Assembly: GCA_044229145.1 (NCBI GenBank)
Contig: JBGATO010000066.1
Span: 1 to 19,419, forward strand
Reading direction: 5' to 3'
DNA from: Candidatus Eiseniibacteriota bacterium
GTDB lineage: Bacteria > Eisenbacteria > RBG-16-71-46 > CAZEPH01
DNA length: 19,419 nucleotides
Below the pieces are notes generated by a model. It was not told the origin of the DNA, searched no databases, and saw only the letters and a program-made list of their open reading frames with translations. Below are positions 10,301-16,567 of this stretch, one piece after another (the stretch's first letter is position 1; every line of letters starts with the position of its first letter). Made by a program: the position numbers and the translations under genes.

Positions 10301-10575
10301 AGGCCTCTCCGCCGGTCGGCGTCACCGCACTTCACGCCGTTCGCGCCGAGGGCGACCGCGTGCGCATCCGCTTCGGCCTCGCGGAGGCTGCCCGAATCCG
10401 GCTCGAGGTGTTCGACGTGTCCGGGCGAAGTGTGGCGGTGGTGGCGGACGGAGCGCGGGCGGCGGGCCCGCAGGTCGCGGAGTGGCGGCTCGGCTCGACC
10501 TCCCGTGGCGTGTACTTCGTCCGCCTGCGGGTGAGCGGACGCGACATCGCCCGGCGTCTCGTCCTGGTGCGCTAG
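7309..10575 (+). CDS. Large secreted Cys-rich multidomain protein with C-terminal FlgD-Ig/T9SS-like sorting domain, 1088 aa
   Basis: Signal peptide MRSRHPRPWFSRSIVVLSLLLAATAGA with GAGG RBS. Jelly-roll-like segment (WNFELGWNGW...LRYRVECEDGFDYAYV...DLSPYAG...VQVDDV). Alpha/beta domain (FLYVDHAD...WDRYDV...ILWSAG...LWVSGD). Tail IRLEVFDVSGRSV...GVYFVRL...RRLVLVR. Confidence 0.85.
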   Translation: MRSRHPRPWFSRSIVVLSLLLAATAGAHPPRRAEVVDLGDALTAPPSRGAASATSTPPDSFAWGPWNFELGWNGWTDVDSTTNAGVYAHVEDLTTVPGSRGNGALFTGRVLWFGQTGYNACGPRGCMPGYDNGVHQIAFHTATPAAGDRLRLRYRVECEDGFDYAYVLVDRRGAPAAIGDPAQQVFAFGTPAAGQVDTLAAFTGFAEDSLDVDLSPYAGLAVAIEIVAESDGAGSDADCDADTRDGLVQVDDVAIGATLTDFESGLAGWSVGRLQGNGTTATLQPLAALPMGDACPATCGLAGTVACLYTTSVPGYHPIEQNELLVSEPIDLTANPGWPASGYLLQFDVYSNLTLSASIFYVWHVRYSPAVTSDCACSDPADWSPWFDDGVQYYNNGLVGCLTAVQIPVMTHIPASARRVQLALGVIMPPGGGAGYGAGNQSPYFDNVSLRATNSTRAPGISMQRYEYLQDAYPNAASFAAAKATPAKIDAGRNLDTYKTRTRLADSLTCAIATSCGSLSASEVDLVFRVTPGPCLNHAHPWWAAYEAQPKIASGPYAGFAVARLDTTKAAGLSISIGGTGGQPAGTTGYRSTFHELPVDVATTYAGLGNWSAYTGGAENLAIFPDDLFTPGTHIEYALHSTYIPVQANGDAYLPDPVHGNPDGDRLGATIGDPRWLSQGGSYDPTAPFVEEVTVLPTTTRDGTTDCAGAQPASCFLYVDHADQRGSQPTIETAFRNLGIHWDRYDVRAPTSQEGNDLGSRQDPLYYTSEDHAPGPLPSLLNEVYGAILWSAGSIFQTNFSYGSQVSFASDAGNAVALLDQWIRLKDGRPRLLWVSGDGNARFLNKTGNRLTFLNTTLGATYAGPQYRDKNTAWNVTLTGLGPDCTSGIAYGLRANWCPERRSYNLLGRYTGAAFGTTAANVKYPDAAGTWYAGVQTVATTGGYNARVQMDGFSLDQVRQVGGAPGNETTSNVGDFAARVLSSCSTACFTNLLSTDVEASPPVGVTALHAVRAEGDRVRIRFGLAEAARIRLEVFDVSGRSVAVVADGARAAGPQVAEWRLGSTSRGVYFVRLRVSGRDIARRLVLVR

Positions 10576-10704
10576 GCCGCACGTCATTCCCCGCTGCGCC
10601 CGAAGTCGCAGTCAGTATGCGTGTATGTACATGTTAATGCGCGCCCGCGGTCGTTGCGGAGGCAACTTTTTTCGATTTCGCCCCAAAACGGCGACTTTTC
10701 GCGC

Positions 10705-10732
10705 TTGACCTGGTAGTCGAACGGCGTAACGT
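10705..10732 (+). promoter_or_regulatory. Candidate sigma70 promoter for PHI-1-like copy 1, with A/T-tract upstream region
   Basis: TTGACC-16 nt-TAACGT, preceded by AACTTTTTTCGATTTCG..AAAA..CTTTT tracts. Confidence 0.5.
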
Positions 10733-10901
10733 GGGGGGGTCGTTGGTGGCGTTCGGATTCTGCCGTATCCCACTGCCCAACCGCCGGGCGCCCTGACGAC
10801 GCGGGCCACCCTCTGACCCGCCCCGCTCAATGTGGCCCCTCGTCCCGCCTCGCGGGACTCGACCAATGTCGTCCAATTCAGGATATGGAGACAGTGTGCC
10901 C

Positions 10902-11792
10902 ATGCGTCGTCAGCTCACGTCGTTGGCTCTGACTGCCGTCCTCGCCTCCGCGCTCACCGCGGCGGCTTTCGCTGCAACGTCGAATGGCCGCCCGGATGGC
11001 AAGGGTGGCAGCACCGCGGACAACCCGCAGTTCCCGGGCACCGCTCCTTCGATCACGTACCACAACGGCCCGGTCATGACCGGCGGGATCACCGTCTACT
11101 ACATCTGGTACGGCAACTGGACCGGCAACACCGCCACCACGATCCTGACGGACATGGCGAACTCCATCAGCAACACGCCGTACTGGAACATCAATACCAA
11201 CTACTACATGGGCTCGACCTCCAAGACCTACGTCAGCTCGACCGTCACTTACGGCGGATCGACCACCGACAATTACTCGCAGGGCAGCAACCTGTCCGAC
11301 ACCCAGATCTTCAACGTGGTGTCCTCGGCCATCACCAGCGGCCGCCTGCCGAAGAACTCCAACGCCGTGTACTTCGTGCTGACCTCGCAGGACGTCAACG
11401 CGTCCAGCGGCTTCTGCACCAGCTACTGCGGCTGGCACACCTACGGCACGGTGAGCGGCTCGACGATCAAGTACTCGTTCGTCGGGAACGCGGCGCGCTG
11501 CATCACGTCGTGCGCGGCGCAGTCGACCGGCCCGAACGGCAACGCGGGCGCGGACGGCATGGCCTCCATCCTCATGCACGAGCTCGAGGAAGCCGCCACC
11601 GACCCGCAGCTCAACGCCTGGTACGACAGCCGCGGCTACGAGAACGCGGACAAGTGCGCCTGGACCTTCGGCACCACCTACACCGTCTCGAACGGCTCGA
11701 AGGCGAACGTGCACTGGGGCACCCGCGACTACTTGATCCAGCAGAACTGGACGCTCAAGCCGTCGCAGAAGTGCACCCTGACCTACCCGTAG
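10902..11792 (+). CDS. Secreted PHI-1/EXORDIUM-like protein, copy 1 (296 aa)
   Basis: Sec signal (MRRQLTSLALTAVLASALTAAAFA), GGAG RBS at 10887-10890. Motifs ITYHNGPVM..VYYIWYG.W, VYFVLTS.DV, FCTSYCGWH, YSFVGN..C, PNGNAGADGMASI..HELEE..TDP..NAWY..ENADKC and YLIQQNW match the recalled Phi_1 (PF04674) pattern. Confidence 0.85.
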   Translation: MRRQLTSLALTAVLASALTAAAFAATSNGRPDGKGGSTADNPQFPGTAPSITYHNGPVMTGGITVYYIWYGNWTGNTATTILTDMANSISNTPYWNINTNYYMGSTSKTYVSSTVTYGGSTTDNYSQGSNLSDTQIFNVVSSAITSGRLPKNSNAVYFVLTSQDVNASSGFCTSYCGWHTYGTVSGSTIKYSFVGNAARCITSCAAQSTGPNGNAGADGMASILMHELEEAATDPQLNAWYDSRGYENADKCAWTFGTTYTVSNGSKANVHWGTRDYLIQQNWTLKPSQKCTLTYP

Positions 11793-11815
11793 TCGTTACG
11801 GAAGACCAGTAAACA

Positions 11816-11851
11816 GAGGCCCGGGCGGAAGATCGACACCGCCCGGGCCTC
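11816..11851 (+). terminator. Hairpin downstream of copy 1
   Basis: GAGGCCCGGGCGG-10 nt-CCGCCCGGGCCTC, perfect 13-bp stem followed by GTGTGT. Confidence 0.65.
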
Positions 11852-12115
11852 GTGTGTAGGGTCACCCTCGGGCCCGTTCGGAATACACCCTCGGTTACAC
11901 ATTCCTCACACAAGGCGGTAGCCCAATGGTGTATGGTCTGATGAGCGCGGTCACGCTCCTCGACGAGCACACGGTCTGTCTCCCGTGCTCCGCCTGGACG
12001 CGCTGAGTTTCACCTCGGTCTACCCCTCGCTGTTGGAGCCCGGTGCATCAGCACCGGCGCGATCGCATGGGCGGCGGCGCCGCCTTTCACACGCATCATC
12101 GGAGAGCCAAACACA

Positions 12116-13015
12116 ATGCGTCACCTTTCGCAGATTGCCGCGGCGGGTCTCGTGGTGGCTTCCGCTCTGCTGTCGCTGTCGACCGCTCAGGCGGCCGGCC
12201 CCGACGGCAAGGGCGGCGGCACCCTGCTGAACCACAACAACAACGCCGCGATCGGTGGCAACATCAAGTACCACGGTGGCCCGGTCATCCAGGGCGCGGT
12301 CAACGTCTACTTGATCTGGTACGGCAACTGGTCGGGCAACACCGCCGTCGCCATCACCGAGGACCTCATCACCGGTCTCAGCGGCTCGCCCTACTACCGC
12401 ATCAACACCACCTACGGCGGCAACCCGGGTCGCGTGCGTTGCAGCAGCACCGTGAACCTCGCCGGCTCCACCACGGACAACTACTCGCAGGGCACCAGCC
12501 TCACCGACACCGGCGTGTTCAACGTCGTCTCGTCGGCGATCACCAGCGGCCGCCTGCCGAAGGACGGCAACGCCGTGTACTTCGTGCTGACCTCGTCGGA
12601 CGTCAACGAGACCAGCGGCTTCTGCTCGAGCTACTGCGGCTGGCACACCTACGGCACCGTCACCGGTACGACCGTCCAGTACTCGTTCGTCGGCAACCCG
12701 GACCGCTGCATCACCTCGTGCGCCTGGCAGTCGACCAACAGCCCGAACGGCAACCCGGGCGCGGACGGCATGGCCTCGATCATCGCCCACGAGCTCGAGG
12801 AAGCGCACACCGACCCGCAGCTCAACGCCTGGTACGACACCATCGGCCAGGAGAACGCGGACAAGTGCGCGTGGACCTTCGGCACCACCTACAACCCGGG
12901 CAACGGTTCGCAGGCGAACATGAAGCTCGGCACCCGTGACTACCTCATTCAGCAGAACTGGTCGAAGCCGCTCGGTCAGGCCCAGGCCTGCGCGATTGCG
13001 TACACGGGTCCTTAA
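12116..13015 (+). CDS. Secreted PHI-1/EXORDIUM-like protein, copy 2 (299 aa)
   Basis: Signal peptide ending STAQA, GGAG RBS at 12101. Same motifs as copy 1 (IKYHGGPVI..VYLIWYG, FCSSYCGWH, IAHELEE, ENADKC). Confidence 0.85.
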   Translation: MRHLSQIAAAGLVVASALLSLSTAQAAGPDGKGGGTLLNHNNNAAIGGNIKYHGGPVIQGAVNVYLIWYGNWSGNTAVAITEDLITGLSGSPYYRINTTYGGNPGRVRCSSTVNLAGSTTDNYSQGTSLTDTGVFNVVSSAITSGRLPKDGNAVYFVLTSSDVNETSGFCSSYCGWHTYGTVTGTTVQYSFVGNPDRCITSCAWQSTNSPNGNPGADGMASIIAHELEEAHTDPQLNAWYDTIGQENADKCAWTFGTTYNPGNGSQANMKLGTRDYLIQQNWSKPLGQAQACAIAYTGP

Positions 13016-13049
13016 GCTCAGCCACAGACCAATTGCGTGGTTTGACGCA

Positions 13050-13082
13050 GAGCCCCGGGCGGGAAACCGCCCGGGGTTTCGT
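13050..13082 (+). terminator. Intrinsic terminator downstream of copy 2
   Basis: CCCCGGGCGG-GAAA-CCGCCCGGGG followed by TTTCGT. Confidence 0.75.
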
Positions 13083-13264
13083 CGTTGCGGTCGAGTCGCC
13101 GATGAGTGAGCAGAGCCGCCGCGCGTGAAGCAGCGCGGGCCGGTCGCGAGAAGACGGCGCACATCCCCCATCTCCCTTTCGCGGGGGAGGCAGCGGGCGC
13201 AGGTCTTCTCCTGCGGCGCCCCTCAGAATGCGGGCGCACGACTCACGAAGGAGAGACGAGACAC

Positions 13265-14179
13265 ATGCGTCATCTGAATCGCACGCTCGCCGTGGCGCTG
13301 ACCGCCGCGGCGTTGGTGGTGACCGTTCAGCGCGCGGCCGCCCAGGACATCCGTCCCGACGGCAAGGGCGGCGGGATCATCCCGGCGCCATCGATCGGCG
13401 GGCCGAATCCGTCGGCCCTCGGTCCGAAGGCCGCCAACATCACCTACCACAACGGTCCGATCATGACCGGCGGGATCACCGTCTACTACATCTGGTACGG
13501 CAGCTGGAGCGGCAACACCGCGACCACCATCCTGCAGGACTTCGCCACAAACCTCGGCGGGTCGCCCTACTGGGGCATCAACACGAACTACTACAACGGG
13601 AGCAACCAGAAGGTGAGCTCCGTGGTGACGTTCGGCGGCTCGACGACGGACAACTACTCGCAGGGCACCAACCTCTCCGACGCCGGAGTGTTCAACGTCG
13701 TGAATGCCGCGATCACCAGCGGGCGCTTGCCGAAGAACACCTCCGGCATCTACTTCGTGCTGACCTCGGCGGACGTCAACGAGACCAGTGGCTTCTGCAC
13801 CAGCTACTGTGGCTGGCACACCTACGGCACCATCGGCGGCTCGACGATCAAGTACTCGTTCGTCGGCAACGCGGACCGCTGCTTGAGCGCGTGCGCGTAC
13901 CAGAGCACGAGCCCGAACGGCAACGCCGGCGCCGACGCGATGGTGTCGATCCTCGCCCACGAGGCCGAGGAAGCCGCCACCGACCCGCAGCTCAATGCGT
14001 GGTACGACCGCTCCGGCGCCGAGAACGCCGACAAGTGCGCGTGGACCTTCGGCACCACCTACAATCCGGGCAACGGATCGAAGGCGAACATGAAGCTGGG
14101 CACCCGCGACTACCTGGTGCAGCAGAACTGGAGCATCCCGCCGGGCAAGGCCCAGGGCTGCTCGCTGCGCTACCCGTAG
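13265..14179 (+). CDS. Secreted PHI-1/EXORDIUM-like protein, copy 3 (304 aa)
   Basis: GAAGGAG RBS before ATG 13265 (MRHLNRTLAVALTAAALVVTVQRAAA). Motifs ITYHNGPIM, FCTSYCGWH, LAHEAEE, ENADKC, YLVQQNW. Confidence 0.85.
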   Translation: MRHLNRTLAVALTAAALVVTVQRAAAQDIRPDGKGGGIIPAPSIGGPNPSALGPKAANITYHNGPIMTGGITVYYIWYGSWSGNTATTILQDFATNLGGSPYWGINTNYYNGSNQKVSSVVTFGGSTTDNYSQGTNLSDAGVFNVVNAAITSGRLPKNTSGIYFVLTSADVNETSGFCTSYCGWHTYGTIGGSTIKYSFVGNADRCLSACAYQSTSPNGNAGADAMVSILAHEAEEAATDPQLNAWYDRSGAENADKCAWTFGTTYNPGNGSKANMKLGTRDYLVQQNWSIPPGKAQGCSLRYP

Positions 14180-14200
14180 ACAGCGCTGCCGACACACCGA

Positions 14201-14235
14201 ACGAATCCCGGGCGCCGCGCGCGTCCGGGATTCGT
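14201..14235 (+). terminator. Hairpin downstream of copy 3
   Basis: ACGAATCCCGGGCGC-CGCGC-GCGTCCGGGATTCGT, 15-bp stem with one G-U pair. Confidence 0.6.
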
Positions 14236-14329
14236 GCATCCGGACGCGGCCTCTGGCGACGCCGCGCACGCGCGGGTATCGTGCAGCGCGGCAAACACGG
14301 CAATACCCACGCAGCGGAGAGGGCACGCA

Positions 14330-14677
14330 GTGGCACTTCCCGAACACTTGGTGGAGTTGGCGCGCGACTGCGCGATCACTGCTTTTCGTTCGTCGGGGCC
14401 GGGCGGGCAGAAGAAGAACGTCACCGAGTCGAGCGTCCGCGTGGTGCATCTGCCCAGCGGCATCACGCGCATCGCCACCGAAAGCCGCTCGCAGTTGCGC
14501 AATCGCGAGCTGGCGCTCCAGCGCGTGTGGGAGGAGTTGCAGCGCCGGGCGCGGCCACGGATACCGCGTCGCGCGACGCGCCCGACGGCCGGCGCGGTGG
14601 CCGAGCGTTTGGAGGCCAAGCGCCGCACCGCGGATCGCAAGCGCGAGCGCCGCGCGGTGCCGCGCGACGACGACTAG
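14330..14677 (+). CDS. arfB: ArfB-like peptidyl-tRNA hydrolase / ribosome rescue factor (RF-1 GGQ domain plus basic tail), 115 aa
   Basis: FRSSGPGGQKKNVTESSVR..HLPSGI...SRSQLRNRELA, then basic tail PRRATRPT...RLEAKRRTADRKRERR. GTG start at 14330 with GGAGAGG RBS. Confidence 0.85.
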   Translation: MALPEHLVELARDCAITAFRSSGPGGQKKNVTESSVRVVHLPSGITRIATESRSQLRNRELALQRVWEELQRRARPRIPRRATRPTAGAVAERLEAKRRTADRKRERRAVPRDDD

Positions 14678-14687
14678 CGGCGAAGCG

Positions 14688-16463
14688 CTAGCGGGTGACC
14701 ACCACGCGCGCCGACGCCACGCGGCCGTCATCCGACGCCTGAAGCACGTAGGTCCCCGACGCGACACGCACACCGCGCGCGTCGGTTCCGTCCCACCGCA
14801 GCTCGCGCGTCATGTTCCACGAGCGCACGACGCGGCCGCGCACGTCGCGCACGCTCCACCGCACAGGTGTCGCGGCGCGGGCACGCCACGAGTTGCCGGC
14901 GCGCGTCACCTCCACCGCGAGCGTCGCCGCGCCGTGCACGAGTTGCACGGCGGTCGGGCCGCCGGTTTCCCGGAAGGCGCCCTGCGTGATCGCGCTCGCG
15001 GTCTCCAGCCCGGCGTGCAGGGTGTAGCGCACGAAGCACGACTCGCTCGGCGCGATCGACGGCATCGCCCATTGAAAGCGCCCGGCGTTGGGCACGCCGC
15101 TGGCAATCGGCATCCACGGCCCCGCGCTCCCGCTCACGCTCCATTCGAGGTCGACGCTGGTCGGGCCACTGCCGGCGGGCACCGCGGCGAGCCACTCGAG
15201 GTCGCGCACGACCCCGATGCGCCAGGTCTCCGCCGCGCGCGGGGCGACCGGCGTCACCGCGAGCGCGGCGGGCACCGTGGCCTCGCGCGCCAAGTGCAGA
15301 TGGTTGGTGTTTCCGCCGCTAGTGCTGGCGATCGCGACATCGGGCCGGCCGTTGTGATCGAGATCGGCGGGCGCGGAGAGTGCGGCGTAGACGCCGGGAC
15401 TCGGCAGCGTGAGGCGTGCGCCGTTCGCCCAGCCGCCGGCGCCGTTACCGAGGAACACGGCGAACGTGCCGTTCCCGAAGGCGACGAGATCGAGGTCGCC
15501 GTCGCCGTCCATGTCGGCGAGCCGCGTCGCCTCGAACGGCCCGTTGGCCGGCAAGCCGGCGGAGATGTTGGTCCAGTGCGCGGTGTCGCCGGCCGCCCAC
15601 ACTTGCACGCCGCCGCTGCTGGTGGCCCAACTGAGGTCGGCGCGGCCGTCGCCCGTGACATCGCCGAGCGACGGACCGCGCGCGCCGGTGCCGAAGGTCG
15701 GCAAGTTGCCGTCGGCGCGCGTGAAGTGACCGGCGCCGTCGCTCACCCACACCGTGCCGGTGGACAAGCCGGCGGCGATGTCGAGGAAGCCGTCCGCATT
15801 GACGTCGCCCACGCAGATGTCCTCGGTGGAGTTCGACGACGCGCCGCCGGAGTTCCACGTCGGCGTCCACGTGCCGTCGTGGTTGTTGCGGTAGACGTGC
15901 ATGCCGTTGCAGCAGCCGAAGGAATTGCACGCGAGGTCGAGATCGCCGTCGCCATCGGCGTCGAACAGCACGACGCCGAACATGCCGTAGGACTCGCCGT
16001 CGCTCGCCAGGCCGTCGTCCCACGGCGTCCACACCAGGCCGCTGCCGTCGCCGCGTGCCGCTTCGATCAGTTGATCGCCAAAGTCGCTGCCGCCGTAGTT
16101 GTGGTGCATGCCGTAGGCGATGTCGGCGAGGCCGTCGCCATCGAGATCACCGGCCGCGATGCCGCCGTAGCCGATCTGCCCGCTGTGGGTGTAGGTCCAG
16201 CCGAACGCGCCGTTGCCCCGCCACACCATGATGCCTTCTTCGCCCTGCGGAAGGCCGAGCGGATTGCCGTGGTCGCCGAGCGAGAGCAGATCGAGGTGGC
16301 CGTCGCCGTTGACGTCGGCGACCGCGATCTCGCTGCGGCCGCTCTCCCAATTGGGCGGTTCGAGGCCGGCATCATTGAGCGCGTAGGTGAGGGCGGCGGC
16401 GGGCGCCGCGGCGCAGAGGGCGGTGGCGGCAAGAGCGAAGCGGCGGCACGGCGCGGCGAGCAT
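14688..16463 (-). CDS. Secreted FG-GAP/VCBS-repeat beta-propeller protein with Ig-like domain and C-terminal FlgD-Ig/T9SS-like tail, 591 aa
   Basis: Seven DxD/NxDG-type repeats (DVNGDGHLD, DLDGDGLAD, DADGDGDLD, DVNADGFLD, DVTGDGRAD, DMDGDGDLD, DLDHNGRPD), signal peptide, tail DVRGRVVR..WDGTDARG..VASGTY..ARVVVTR. Confidence 0.9.
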   Translation of the reverse strand: MLAAPCRRFALAATALCAAAPAAALTYALNDAGLEPPNWESGRSEIAVADVNGDGHLDLLSLGDHGNPLGLPQGEEGIMVWRGNGAFGWTYTHSGQIGYGGIAAGDLDGDGLADIAYGMHHNYGGSDFGDQLIEAARGDGSGLVWTPWDDGLASDGESYGMFGVVLFDADGDGDLDLACNSFGCCNGMHVYRNNHDGTWTPTWNSGGASSNSTEDICVGDVNADGFLDIAAGLSTGTVWVSDGAGHFTRADGNLPTFGTGARGPSLGDVTGDGRADLSWATSSGGVQVWAAGDTAHWTNISAGLPANGPFEATRLADMDGDGDLDLVAFGNGTFAVFLGNGAGGWANGARLTLPSPGVYAALSAPADLDHNGRPDVAIASTSGGNTNHLHLAREATVPAALAVTPVAPRAAETWRIGVVRDLEWLAAVPAGSGPTSVDLEWSVSGSAGPWMPIASGVPNAGRFQWAMPSIAPSESCFVRYTLHAGLETASAITQGAFRETGGPTAVQLVHGAATLAVEVTRAGNSWRARAATPVRWSVRDVRGRVVRSWNMTRELRWDGTDARGVRVASGTYVLQASDDGRVASARVVVTR

Positions 16464-16567
16464 CGGATGTCCTCAGCGAGCGGGGTGAATGGCGAAGCGG
16501 GCGGGACTGCACCTCCACGGTACGCCCCGCCCGCGTGTGTCGCAACCTCGCCCGAAGGCGGCCCGCG

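Noticed and set aside
13106..13264. N-terminal extensions of PHI-1-like copy 3 (and likewise 10830, 7150, 14234 starts)
   Set aside because: RBS positions, signal peptides and paralog alignment support the downstream starts.
13016..13264. Possible c-di-GMP or other known riboswitch near GGGAAACC
   Set aside because: The GAAA loop caps a simple terminator stem; the other conserved riboswitch elements are not evident.
10902..14179. Repeated 30-40 nt blocks as a possible CRISPR array or DGR template/variable repeats
   Set aside because: The repeats are in-frame parts of paralogous genes. There is no regular spacer pattern, no evident adenine-specific mismatches, and no cas or reverse transcriptase gene in the window.
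16497..16534. GCGGGCGGG/CCCGCCCGC inverted repeat between the M16 and FG-GAP genes
   Set aside because: It has a 20-nt loop, low-complexity GC arms and no U-tract, which is too weak to call a terminator.
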